A stretch of DNA of 64,000 bases, from contig CBDFIJ010000004.1 in NCBI GenBank assembly GCA_965248055.1, forward strand, positions 2,304,001-2,368,000, given 5' to 3'. Positions 35,619 through 45,375 of the stretch are shown in pieces; the stretch's first letter is position 1, and each line of letters starts with the position of its first letter. Origin of the DNA: Candidatus Multivoradales bacterium (GTDB lineage: Bacteria > Acidobacteriota > Thermoanaerobaculia > Multivoradales > JAHEKO01). Both the position numbers and the translations under genes were made by a program. A model generated the notes under the pieces. That model worked only from the letters and a program-made list of their open reading frames with translations. It was not told the origin of the DNA and did not search any database.

Positions 35619-38600
35619 GGGTTACTCCGCCTTAGTTTGTACTGTTTTTTCGGACGCTCAGGATTTACGTTCCTGAAATAGTGTGTCTGCCGATCTCGGG
35701 TAGACCGAAAAGCAACGTAATTAACTCTCGTAGGAAGACCTCGCTCTTGGCGAATGGAGTTAACGAAATCAACGACTGGTCCGGTCAATCCAGGCTGCGT
35801 GATTAGCGGCGTCTGAAGCGTCCCGTCCCGAGTGTCCCGCAAACCGGTGCTTGTGTGATAAAGCTCGTGAGTCAATGTCGAACCCAAGTTAAACGTCGTT
35901 AAGTCAACGCGCTTCGATTCTGCCGACGTAACTTGCCCAAAATTGATCCCAATGGCCCCGGTTTCAGGGTTTCCATTGCTAGATCGACCTTCGATCGCTG
36001 TCACCTCAAAAACGCGGTCCATACCAATCGCGTCGTTGAAAAAATCAGTGGCCGTAGACGACGCGTCAGCCCCGACATCCACGAGCACCAGCTCTAGGTT
36101 CTTGTTGACATCGTAGGTATTGCCGGTGAAGTCGTTGAGAGCCTGGACGAGCTCGCCCCGCTGCTCTTTGGTCAGTTTGGAAAGGCTGATGGTCTCACCA
36201 GTCGGGTCGACATACTTCAAGGGATTGCCCGCGGCATAAGCGTAGAGATTCCAGGTCTGCGGTTGGCCCGGGTATCCCCAAGCCGGGTCGGTGGTCAAAA
36301 ACCTCCCCAGATACGGGCTGCAATAACGGGCATGCATGTAATCCAAATCCTGCCGATCGGATATCACGTTGCCGTCGATCTCAGCCACAAATACCGCTCC
36401 ATCGGCGACTACAAAGTTGTTTCCCAGCTCGATCGTCTCCCCAGCGATAAACCGCACTTCATCGGTTGAAGTGACGGTGGTGTTTTGTGAGGTGACGGCA
36501 TCACAGCCGATAAACTGCTGACCAGTGGAGATGGTTTGATTATCGACCACTGTGGTCCCTGATCCGCAGTTCCCAGAGGTGTGCTCATCCCTTTCATGGC
36601 CGGTGAATTGGAGTTGTTCCAGATCCACGCCCTCCGCCACTTCTTCGCCGAACGGCAGATAGTTGTGGCGGGCCGCGGGGCCTTTGGCGGAGTTGGTCCA
36701 GTAGCGGGGGGTGCCGAGATGGTCCAGGTGGGCGTGGGTAGTGCCTCCCGGCGTCACTTTGGCGAGCGTCTGGCCTTCTCGGCGGACGTAGTCTTTCTCC
36801 CAGGTCCAGGTGTTCGGATCGGCGTTGAAACCGCCTTCCACATAAGTACGAATGACTTGCCCGTCGAGGTCGCGGGTCATCCAGCGAGCCGAGGTTTGGG
36901 TGTTGCCGGCGTTGGCTTCGATGATCGCGATCCTCTCGTCGTCGCCGGTGTAGACGTAGGACTCGTTCTCGGCGCCATCTTTGAGCCTCACAGCCATGTG
37001 CAGTTCGTCGTAGGTATAGGTCGCCGTTCCCCAGGCCGTGACGCTGCCTGCGGTGTTGTAGGCAATCGGGCGGCTAGCGGTACCAAGCAGGCGGTTGGTG
37101 GTGGGGTCGGTGGGGTTGTTACGGTTTACATCTATCCCAGGGCCAATGACTCTGGCCCTAACACGGTTGCCAAAAGCATCGTAGGCGTTGTGCTCTGAAA
37201 ACTGCGCGCCTTGGGCGTTTCCCGCGGTGATTCTGGAGAGCGAGTCGTACTTAAAGTTGTCCGCGCCCATGGCGGTGATGTTTCCCGAACCATCGTAAGA
37301 ATAGGTACCAGTGTCGAAGTTCGTGGCGGTGGAGCCGGTGGTGCGGATTCTTGAAGGGCGGAGAATCCGGCTGGGGTCACTATCCCAAACGTCCGACACT
37401 CCGTTGCTGTGGACCACGGTGTTGAGCAGCAGGTTGCGGCGGTAGCTGATCGAAGTGGCGTAGCCCGGAACCGAAGTTAGGAATCCACGGGTGTAGTTGT
37501 AGGAGATCTCGGTTCCACCACCAGCGCAAACTTCCGGATAACAGATCTTGCTCGGCAGCCCCAGCCCGTTCCATTCAAACCCAGTGGTGTATAGGCTGAC
37601 GTTGCCGGTGCGGAAGGTCTCCCGTTCGCTCACCTGACCACCGAGACCTCGATAAGCGTACACCTCCTGAATGACCACCGTGGGTGAGCCACTTACGCCC
37701 GGCAGGCGGTTGTTACGCTTGGCTTTCTGGAGCTTGCCGCGCAGCCGGTTAGTGCCGACGTTGCTCTCCCAGTAGACGAACTCTTTGAGGATAATGCCGC
37801 CGGTTTCCTGGACTTTGGTTACACGCTCGGCTCGATCGTAGGTCAAGGTAAGGTCGGAAGGTCCGTCCTGTTTCCTGGTCGCGTGACCACGGGCATCATA
37901 GCTTGAGTAAGTCACTGCGCCGGTTTTCTCGGGATGGGTTTCCGACAATAGGAAGCCTCTGCCATCGTAGTTAAACGTGCGGGTCTGGGTGGTGGTGCCG
38001 TCGCTCATCGCAACCGAGATCAGGCGGTCAGCGGGATCGTAGCCATAAGTGGTCACTGTCCCGTTAGGTTCGGTGACTTGGTACAGACGACCCTGGCCAT
38101 CGTATTCCTCAGTGGTCGTTTGTGGGGTCTCGACGCCAACGTCGGTGCCAACATTGACGGTGCGATGGACCCGCCTAATGCCATCGTAGGCGAGCACCAC
38201 CGCGTTGCCGTCCGGAGCGGTGATCGCTGTCGGCCGACCCAACTGATCGTAAGTGTTGTTAGTCCAGGTGGTCGGCGCACCGTTCCAAGTGGTCGAAACT
38301 CGATCGACAATTCCACGCGCCGTGTACTCGGTGTCCCGCCGATTCCAAACCCCATCGGGCATTCTCCGTTCCTCGCGAATAACACGGCCGAACCCGTCAA
38401 ACTTGACGCGGTTTTCGGTTAAAGCGGTACCGCCGGTGTTGGGTCGCTCAACAGCATCCACCTGCGCGGGAGTTGTTCCTGAAGCAGCGGTATACGTGTA
38501 CTCGGTGCGCGCGCCGCCGTGGTCGGTATCCGGTTGCAACAGGGTTGGACGACCTAGAAGATCGTAGGTGTAGTCGATTCGTAGGCCGGAATCGGCGATG

Positions 38601-40837
38601 GTTTCGTCCGGAAGTCCGGTGTTGGGATCAATGTCTCGATGCACCGGTGCCACTCCGATCCAGGCGCCGCCGGTCGTGTCATAACGGACCCAGCGGACAG
38701 TGCCATAGCCATTGGTTGGGCTGCGCTGGATCTGGTAGGTCTCTGCTCCCGGAAGGGTCAGAGCACATAGATTCGATGAAGTGCTGACCGCTTGTGTGTC
38801 ACCTCCATAGTAACGCTCATATCGAACCATCCCGCCGGGGTTACCCGCTACCGCGTCAGGTTCGTACTCGACGATGAGATCTTTGGCCTGGCGCCCGGTG
38901 CCTGAGAGCGTGCCCGCCTGGGTGCGCTTGCGCTCCAAGAAGCCAGTCGAAGACTCGAAGCAGAACTGCTCCTTGTAGGTCGTTGCACCTTGGGTCACCG
39001 AGCGGTCGGTGAAGGTGCTGAGAATCCAAGGGTCGGTGGTCGCCGGAGGGGTGTAACCTGCGCTGGGATAACTTCCGTTGCCGGGGTTGTAGTTGGCGAA
39101 CGTCGAACGAACGTTGCCGGATGAGAAATTTCCGTGGGTGACAGCGTTGCGATAGTGGCCGAGTCCGTCGAAGTCCGAAAACACGCTCCCTGAATAGCGG
39201 TTGCCATCGTCCACAAACACCGTCCGCTGAGCACGCAGACGACGGTTGGTGTCATGCCAGATTTGGTAAGCGTTGGCGTTCCAGGTGGCATAGATCAAGT
39301 CTGGTAGGTCATCGTGCTCGTAGTCGACGTAACTGCGTCGCAGCGCAGTCCCAGAGCATGCAAAGCGGTTATTAAACGGGCGGCTGACGGCTGACGTAGA
39401 ATTCCACTCTTCCACCGACAGGTAATAGCCACCGCTCTTGGTGCTCTCTTCCGAAAACGGCAAGCCGTAAGCCCAGCCCGGATCGGTCTGTACCGCACCG
39501 ACGAGAAAACCGGGGTTGGCGTCGTGATAGTGGGTGGTGCAGCTTCCGTCCGGTTTCTTGACGTAGGTTCTAGTTTCCCTTGGTTTATCCTCGGGATCGT
39601 CATCAAAGAAAGGCCATAGCTCGTTTTCGTACTCCCAGGTGCCGATGAGCGTTCCGTTGGCGGTGAGTGTTCGTCGCTCGGTGACGCCGAGGGTAAGGGT
39701 TTGTGCCGGAGGGGGATTGTCTCCCCAAGTGGTCTCGTTGTTCTGGGTCATGTCCCAGACGCCGTAGTCCCATTCGATCTGTCCACGGGTGGGTAGTCGG
39801 ATGCCCTGCAAAGCCCCCGATTCTCCGTCAGTAGCGCAGTCCAAGCTGTAACGGGGAGAACCATCAGGGTTGGTCATCTGGTAGGGACCGTCCGCAGGTT
39901 GCGAAACTTGGGTCAACAGGGAGACATCGTAGAAGGTAGACAACACATCCGACTGACAGCCCTCACCGATCGATCTGGTGGCGTAGCTGAAGTTGTAGAC
40001 CGCACGCTGATTCTGGGCTGCGGCAAGGTCGACCGAACTGACCATGTACCCTCCCGATTCCCCGTACGGCTCCATATGGGCGTGGTAGGTGAAGTTGATG
40101 GTGTGCGAGCGACCGGTGCTGTCAGTGATCGTCCACTCCGTGTTGGTGTAGCTGATATCTACCGAGTTGCCGAATGGATCCTCCATCTTGGTCACTCGCC
40201 AGATGTCTCCGACAGGGCTGAACTCATGGACCTGACCGTTGGGAAACTCGACGGTGTAGAGCGAGGCCGACACTTGCTTGAGCCTCAAGTAATTATTGCT
40301 GCGCGTATACCACGTTGTAGAGCTTCCGTCCGTTTCACCGTCGTGCAGTTCGTCCCAAAAAAAATGCTGTCCTGAATCTGGCCCGATGTACCGCCAGTGG
40401 GTTCGGTCCCAAGGGTTGGTTCTGGTAAAGGGGGCGGTCGGGTCAGGAGCTATAAGCACTCCCCAGCTAAGCTGCCATCCAAATCCACTATTGAAGAGTC
40501 CGTCCGGTTCACCGACCGACAACATTTCTTGTTCTTGGCAGGGCGGATCTTCGCAATCGGCGAAAAGCTCCTTGTGGTACTTCCAGTTTTTTCCTGCGAA
40601 AGACAAAGTCAATCCGTACGACAAAGATTCACTGACAACATATTGTTGCCCAATCTGAACAGCGACAGTAAGTCCTCCATTAAAAAGACTTACCGAGTCG
40701 ACGTCGCCTACTTGGTAGGTCTTTTCCGGCGTAAATCCTCGCTGCTCTCCCTGGTTTTGTTGGGCCTGGACAACAGATGAGGCAGAAGCCGCAACCAACA
40801 GGACCAAACAACAAGTAACGTGCTTTTTTGTCTTCAA
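35615..40837 (-). CDS. Rhs/YD-repeat protein with signal peptide and C-terminal HExxH metallopeptidase toxin domain
   Basis: TTG start after GGAGG; signal peptide ending VQA; many YD repeats; core HLDHLGTPR, YLPFGE, FTGHERD, GRFLTTDP, GNPLKYVDPTG; tip with THELYH. The ORF extends to 40927. Confidence 0.9.
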   Translation of the reverse strand: MKTKKHVTCCLVLLVAASASSVVQAQQNQGEQRGFTPEKTYQVGDVDSVSLFNGGLTVAVQIGQQYVVSESLSYGLTLSFAGKNWKYHKELFADCEDPPCQEQEMLSVGEPDGLFNSGFGWQLSWGVLIAPDPTAPFTRTNPWDRTHWRYIGPDSGQHFFWDELHDGETDGSSTTWYTRSNNYLRLKQVSASLYTVEFPNGQVHEFSPVGDIWRVTKMEDPFGNSVDISYTNTEWTITDSTGRSHTINFTYHAHMEPYGESGGYMVSSVDLAAAQNQRAVYNFSYATRSIGEGCQSDVLSTFYDVSLLTQVSQPADGPYQMTNPDGSPRYSLDCATDGESGALQGIRLPTRGQIEWDYGVWDMTQNNETTWGDNPPPAQTLTLGVTERRTLTANGTLIGTWEYENELWPFFDDDPEDKPRETRTYVKKPDGSCTTHYHDANPGFLVGAVQTDPGWAYGLPFSEESTKSGGYYLSVEEWNSTSAVSRPFNNRFACSGTALRRSYVDYEHDDLPDLIYATWNANAYQIWHDTNRRLRAQRTVFVDDGNRYSGSVFSDFDGLGHYRNAVTHGNFSSGNVRSTFANYNPGNGSYPSAGYTPPATTDPWILSTFTDRSVTQGATTYKEQFCFESSTGFLERKRTQAGTLSGTGRQAKDLIVEYEPDAVAGNPGGMVRYERYYGGDTQAVSTSSNLCALTLPGAETYQIQRSPTNGYGTVRWVRYDTTGGAWIGVAPVHRDIDPNTGLPDETIADSGLRIDYTYDLLGRPTLLQPDTDHGGARTEYTYTAASGTTPAQVDAVERPNTGGTALTENRVKFDGFGRVIREERRMPDGVWNRRDTEYTARGIVDRVSTTWNGAPTTWTNNTYDQLGRPTAITAPDGNAVVLAYDGIRRVHRTVNVGTDVGVETPQTTTEEYDGQGRLYQVTEPNGTVTTYGYDPADRLISVAMSDGTTTQTRTFNYDGRGFLLSETHPEKTGAVTYSSYDARGHATRKQDGPSDLTLTYDRAERVTKVQETGGIILKEFVYWESNVGTNRLRGKLQKAKRNNRLPGVSGSPTVVIQEVYAYRGLGGQVSERETFRTGNVSLYTTGFEWNGLGLPSKICYPEVCAGGGTEISYNYTRGFLTSVPGYATSISYRRNLLLNTVVHSNGVSDVWDSDPSRILRPSRIRTTGSTATNFDTGTYSYDGSGNITAMGADNFKYDSLSRITAGNAQGAQFSEHNAYDAFGNRVRARVIGPGIDVNRNNPTDPTTNRLLGTASRPIAYNTAGSVTAWGTATYTYDELHMAVRLKDGAENESYVYTGDDERIAIIEANAGNTQTSARWMTRDLDGQVIRTYVEGGFNADPNTWTWEKDYVRREGQTLAKVTPGGTTHAHLDHLGTPRYWTNSAKGPAARHNYLPFGEEVAEGVDLEQLQFTGHERDEHTSGNCGSGTTVVDNQTISTGQQFIGCDAVTSQNTTVTSTDEVRFIAGETIELGNNFVVADGAVFVAEIDGNVISDRQDLDYMHARYCSPYLGRFLTTDPAWGYPGQPQTWNLYAYAAGNPLKYVDPTGETISLSKLTKEQRGELVQALNDFTGNTYDVNKNLELVLVDVGADASSTATDFFNDAIGMDRVFEVTAIEGRSSNGNPETGAIGINFGQVTSAESKRVDLTTFNLGSTLTHELYHTSTGLRDTRDGTLQTPLITQPGLTGPVVDFVNSIRQERGLPTRVNYVAFRSTRDRQTHYFRNVNPERPKKQYKLRRSNP

Positions 40838-41051
40838 TTTCCCAATCCTCCAAACACGAAACGTTGGCCCTCGGTTGGCCCCGCAGTAGCCCACAGGAAA
40901 ACTAACCGATCTCGATTCGCGACCCACCTAGGTTAGTCGAACGACGGGCTGAAGGACAAGTGACAGTCACACTTGCCCGATTTGCACGCTCGCTATCGGG
41001 TAATCGCAAAGTATGATGCCCTCGTTCAGTTGTTAAAGAAGGAGGTTTTTC

Positions 41052-41729
41052 ATGTCCGTGAACAATGCTATTTCGAGTTGGCATACCTTGATTGATGATT
41101 TTTCCGCTTCTGGCAAGGACTTCTTCTCCTCAGTCGAAGACGCGGTCAAGGCTCGTGAAGTTCCCGACATCGAGTTCTCGCGATTGCTGTTTAAGGAGGG
41201 CGGACTTGCTTCAGCCAAGCGCGAGTACCTTCGGATCGAACGAGGAAAGGTCGCATTCGACCTGACGGCGTTTCCGTACGGCACAGGGATGTACTTCGGT
41301 TGGTGGTTGCGCAGGATCGGACCCAAACATCCATGGTTGTGGTTGCTGGGCTTTTTCGCCGCAATCTTAATCTGGGCATTCATGCTGTTTGGATCGATGT
41401 TCGGTGCAGCATTGGGGAGTGACTCTGGTGGCTGCATGGTCTTCATCATGCTTTTCGGCATTCCCGCAGGACTCATTGCCCTCGGCTGGACAATCCAGGA
41501 GAACAAGGTCCCAATTGAGGAGGAGGCTGTCCTGGCACTTCCAGTCATCGGTTGGTTGTACGACAAGCTCTTCAGTCCAAACACGATGCATGCTCACGAT
41601 TCGGCACTCGCAATGCAGGAATCGGTGCGAAGAGCCGTGAACGATGTCCTCGACGATCTCTTGACCGGTCAGGGACTGCGAGCACTCACCGACGAAGCCA
41701 AAAAGCCATCGATCCGCTCCCTAGCTTGA
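41052..41729 (+). CDS. two-TM membrane protein (candidate anchor for the downstream coupling ATPase)
   Basis: AAGGAGG RBS; two hydrophobic helices; 10 bp upstream of the ATPase gene. Confidence 0.7.
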   Translation: MSVNNAISSWHTLIDDFSASGKDFFSSVEDAVKAREVPDIEFSRLLFKEGGLASAKREYLRIERGKVAFDLTAFPYGTGMYFGWWLRRIGPKHPWLWLLGFFAAILIWAFMLFGSMFGAALGSDSGGCMVFIMLFGIPAGLIALGWTIQENKVPIEEEAVLALPVIGWLYDKLFSPNTMHAHDSALAMQESVRRAVNDVLDDLLTGQGLRALTDEAKKPSIRSLA

Positions 41730-41739
41730 TCTTGACCGC

Positions 41740-44700
41740 GTGAGCGTTCCGAGGGCGGTTGAACTCACCGCCAGTTTCTACGAATGGGAACGGAGAGGTA
41801 GGGGGTGGGAGCGATACCCGTATCCTGTCTCGATTGAACCGCCTCTTGTTTGGCCCAACTTTCACCGCAGTACAGCACAAGCAGTCGACGACACATACCA
41901 AGAGACGTGGCGGTCGAGGCTGTTTGGAAAGCCTTCGTCGCAGGTTCCGGAAGTCGAAGAGGAAGTCGAGGCAGACCCACCGGACGCAGTTGATCCCGTG
42001 GACTATGAAAGTGTTTCAGTCATAGCACCCGAGAGACTTGAAGTACCAGCACGAGCGGCTACCGCGTGGCTTGCGAGCTTAGAGACGTGTCAGTACCCAG
42101 TAGCGTGGGAGATTGTCGGCATACGCGACCGCGTCGTGCAGCATGTCGCATGCGCACAAGCTGACCTCGATCTTGCGACCGGATCCCTGAAAGCACTGTT
42201 TCCAGATGTCGTCGTTCGTAAAGACGAGGAAACGCTTGAAGATCGGTGGATTGAGAATGAGGAACAATTCATCACCGGAGTTGAGTTTGGGCTGGGGAGC
42301 GAGTTCATGCTGCCATTGGCACAGGCTGCTTTCTTCAACACCGATCCCCTTGCCCCCATCGTTGCAGCACTTGGAAGCGTCGACGGCATTGCCGCCCTGC
42401 AGGTTCTCTTTAGCCATGTCGAGAATAACTGGCGAGATGCGACGCTGCGGGCGGTGACCACACCCAATGGTCAGCCGTTCTTTGCCGACGCGCCACACAT
42501 CACCACCCAAGCTCTGGAGAAGATCTCTACGCCACTGGTTGCGGCGACACTGCGACTATCGGTCAGTGCGAGTACAGAAACGCTGGCTTGGGATGTGGTG
42601 CGCGGTGTTGCCGGCGGACTTGCGCAACTCACGTCAGCGCGTGGCAATGACTTGATACCCGTCGGCATCGAATCTCCGAGTGCGTTGCGTGAGGATGTGT
42701 TGATGAGACAGACGCACCGCCACGGGATGATCCTCTCCATTGAGGAGCTTGCGGGACTCGTTCATCTTCCGAATCCTTCAGTTCGTGTCCCAGCACTTGT
42801 GCGGCTTGCGGAGGCAACCAAGGCGGCTCCGGAATCCGTCAAACGAGACGGGGTGTTGCTGGGGATCAACGAGCACCAAGGTCAAGAGTCTGAGGTGCAT
42901 CTGAGTACCAGTGATCGTCTACGCCACATACACGTAGTGGGAGCTTCCGGTACTGGCAAGTCAACGCTCTTGGTCAGCATGATGCTCGACGACATCGAAA
43001 AGGGACACGGGGTTGCGGTACTCGATCCCCACGGAGATCTGGTTGATGAGCTGTTGACGAGACTGCCCGAGTCACGGCTGGACGACGTAATCCTCTTTGA
43101 CCCTGCAGACACCGAGTTTGTCGTCGGGTGGAACATCCTGGGAGCCAATACCGAGCTTGAGAAAGAGTTGCTGGCATCTGACTTAACTGCGACGTTTGCT
43201 AGGCTCTCAACGTCCTGGGGTGACCAGATGTCGACCGTGCTCTCAAACGCGGTGCTTGCTTTCTTGAACTCAACTCGTGGTGGCACGATCCAAGATCTGC
43301 GGCAGTTTCTCGTCAATCCGCCGTTCCGCTCTGAGTTCTTGGAAACGGTCACCGACGACTACATCGTTGATTATTGGAACCAAGACTTCAAGCTGATTGA
43401 GAAGCGCAACCCGCAGGCATCGATTTTGACGAGGTTGAACAACTTCCTGCGCAACAAGCTGGTTCGTGCGGTTGTGACGCTCAAAGACCATCACGTTGAC
43501 TTTCGTAAAGTGTTGGACGAGAAGCGGATCTTCCTAGCCAGGCTCTCACAGGGAGCAATTGGAGAAGAAAACGCCAGTTTGCTGGGCAACTTGCTTGTCT
43601 CCAAGATTCATCAGGTGACGCTTTCTCGGCAAGACGTGGCTTCTGGAGAGCGGAGCCCGTACTTTCTATACTTGGACGAATTTCACGAAATGGCCACGGC
43701 ATCCATGGCGACGATGTTTTCTGGTGTAAGAAAATACGGTCTTTCTTTAACCGTCGCCCATCAGGATCTGTACCAATTGCGCCAGACCTTGCCGCAGGTG
43801 GAGCGGGCAGTGCTCTCAAACGCCCACACCAGAATTTGTTTTCGGGTTGGTGACGACGATGCCAAGAAGCTCTCCGATGGGTATTCAGAGTTTGACGCCA
43901 AGTCCTTGACCGATCTGGGGATCGGTCAAGCGATTGCCAGAGTTGGAAGGAGAACGGACGATTTCAACCTCAAGACCTTCGATCTCCACAAGATCGACCG
44001 CGAGGAAGCCGCAGAGACGCTGAGAGAGCGCAGGAAGGCTGTTCTTGAGCGCTGGGGTGTACCACGTGAAAAGCAAGAGAAAAAGGCCTCAGAGGACGAG
44101 CAGGAAAGAAAAATTGACGACGCAGGTGCCGAAATTAATCCTGCGAGCGAACCAAGCGAGTCTGATCCTAAAAAACACCCGGAGGGACCGGTTCCAGATG
44201 AGACAGCTACCCAAACAGAGGGAATCGCCGCCAAACCCAAGATCGACAAAGTTACTCTCGACTACCTCGAGCACGTAGCGCGCGAGCCGTTCCTTCCAGT
44301 CAGTGAGCGAAACGAATCTCTCGGCCTTTCAGCCTGGAAAGGGCAGGCGATCAAGACCGATATTGTTGAGAGTGGTTGCGCCAAGGAAGTCTCGATCAAT
44401 CCCGGTGGTCGAGGGAAGCAATTCAAGCTCTTGGAACTCACCACAGAAGGGAGAGCGTTGCTTGATGAGTTCGGAATCCCTGCGCCAGTGGGTCACGGTC
44501 GAGGCGGCATCGAGCATCAGTGGTGGGTGAACGAGATCTCGGAGTGGCTGAAATCTCAGGGAATCGATTCGAGGATTGAAGATGAATCAAGTGGAGCGAG
44601 AGTTGATCTTGTTTTTGAATCCGAGAGTAAGAAGATTGCTGTTGAAGTAGAGACGAGTTCTGGATACGAAATCGAGAATATTTCGAAAGATTTGGCGACT

Positions 44701-45171
44701 ACGAGTTTCGAGTATGTGGTGTCGTTACTCTCCCTGGAGTCTTCGATTCCGAAGCTCCAACAACGAATTGGCGGGGAACTTCCGGACGCGCGAAGCATCC
44801 GTCTAGTTCCCCTATCTGAATACAAAGAAGGCCTCGCACATCATATTAGTCCTCGGCCTTCTGCCTTAGGACCCCAGAATCAAAAGGAAGAAACAAAACG
44901 TACGCGGCGTAGACGCTCTCCGATATCTCGCTCGACCGAAGCTCCAGTTCCGAGCGAAGTGTTCTTCCCCGAACACGGCGTGATGACAACACCAGTTGCA
45001 GCGCAGTACCTTGGCCTGAGTCCAGCAACCCTTGAAACGAAGCGCGTTCGGGGTGGCGGCCCGGTCTTTGTGAAGCTCGGAAGACGAGTTGTCTATAGGA
45101 AGGAAGATCTTGATTCTTGGATCGAGGAGCACCGCCGTCATTCGACAAGCGATCCTGGGAAGGGCGCGTGA
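41740..45171 (+). CDS. VirD4/HerA-like ATPase fused to wHTH + PD-(D/E)XK-like domain + C-terminal excisionase-like HTH
   Basis: GASGTGKST, LDPHGDL, YLDEFH, AHQDLYQL; then IEHQWWV...RVDLVF...IAVEVET; then TTPVAAQYLGLSPATLETKRVRGGGPVFVKLGRRVVYRKEDLDSWI. Confidence 0.85.
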   Translation: MSVPRAVELTASFYEWERRGRGWERYPYPVSIEPPLVWPNFHRSTAQAVDDTYQETWRSRLFGKPSSQVPEVEEEVEADPPDAVDPVDYESVSVIAPERLEVPARAATAWLASLETCQYPVAWEIVGIRDRVVQHVACAQADLDLATGSLKALFPDVVVRKDEETLEDRWIENEEQFITGVEFGLGSEFMLPLAQAAFFNTDPLAPIVAALGSVDGIAALQVLFSHVENNWRDATLRAVTTPNGQPFFADAPHITTQALEKISTPLVAATLRLSVSASTETLAWDVVRGVAGGLAQLTSARGNDLIPVGIESPSALREDVLMRQTHRHGMILSIEELAGLVHLPNPSVRVPALVRLAEATKAAPESVKRDGVLLGINEHQGQESEVHLSTSDRLRHIHVVGASGTGKSTLLVSMMLDDIEKGHGVAVLDPHGDLVDELLTRLPESRLDDVILFDPADTEFVVGWNILGANTELEKELLASDLTATFARLSTSWGDQMSTVLSNAVLAFLNSTRGGTIQDLRQFLVNPPFRSEFLETVTDDYIVDYWNQDFKLIEKRNPQASILTRLNNFLRNKLVRAVVTLKDHHVDFRKVLDEKRIFLARLSQGAIGEENASLLGNLLVSKIHQVTLSRQDVASGERSPYFLYLDEFHEMATASMATMFSGVRKYGLSLTVAHQDLYQLRQTLPQVERAVLSNAHTRICFRVGDDDAKKLSDGYSEFDAKSLTDLGIGQAIARVGRRTDDFNLKTFDLHKIDREEAAETLRERRKAVLERWGVPREKQEKKASEDEQERKIDDAGAEINPASEPSESDPKKHPEGPVPDETATQTEGIAAKPKIDKVTLDYLEHVAREPFLPVSERNESLGLSAWKGQAIKTDIVESGCAKEVSINPGGRGKQFKLLELTTEGRALLDEFGIPAPVGHGRGGIEHQWWVNEISEWLKSQGIDSRIEDESSGARVDLVFESESKKIAVEVETSSGYEIENISKDLATTSFEYVVSLLSLESSIPKLQQRIGGELPDARSIRLVPLSEYKEGLAHHISPRPSALGPQNQKEETKRTRRRRSPISRSTEAPVPSEVFFPEHGVMTTPVAAQYLGLSPATLETKRVRGGGPVFVKLGRRVVYRKEDLDSWIEEHRRHSTSDPGKGA

Positions 45172-45183
45172 AACGGTATGTCG

Positions 45184-45201
45184 TGATTACTATGTGATTA
45201 C
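45184..45201. promoter_or_regulatory. putative integrase arm-type binding sites (right)
   Basis: TGATTACTATGTGATTAC, 16 of 18 identical to 5290-5307. Confidence 0.6.
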
Positions 45202-45240
45202 CAGCCGAGACGCTTACGGGCCAGGAACTCTCGTAAGTTG

Positions 45241-45298
45241 TTGAAAAGAATGGTGCACCGAGGAGAATTCGAATCCCCAACCTCCTGATCCGTAGTCA
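45241..45298. repeat. att site overlapping the intact tRNA-Arg
   Basis: Identical to 5127-5184. Confidence 0.97.
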
Positions 45299-45327
45299 GG
45301 TGCTCTATCCAATTGAGCTATCGGTGC
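45251..45327 (-). tRNA. tRNA-Arg(ACG)
   Basis: GCACCGA/TCGGTGC acceptor stem, TAGCTCAATTGGATAGAGC D-arm, CCTGA-CT-ACG-GA-TCAGG anticodon arm, TTCGAAT T-loop, encoded CCA. Confidence 0.97.
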
Positions 45328-45375
45328 ACGTTCCAAGAACGGCAGGGAGGCGAATTTTAGGCGAAGAATGGGTCA

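Larger units (their letters stand above)
5127..45298. mobile_element. ~40 kb genomic island integrated at tRNA-Arg(ACG)
   Basis: Flanking 58-bp direct repeats, integrase at the left end, excisionase-like HTH at the right end, and accessory cargo between. Confidence 0.93.

Noticed and set aside
5127-45298. Prophage interpretation of the island
   Set aside because: No capsid, terminase, portal, tail or lysis genes are recognisable.
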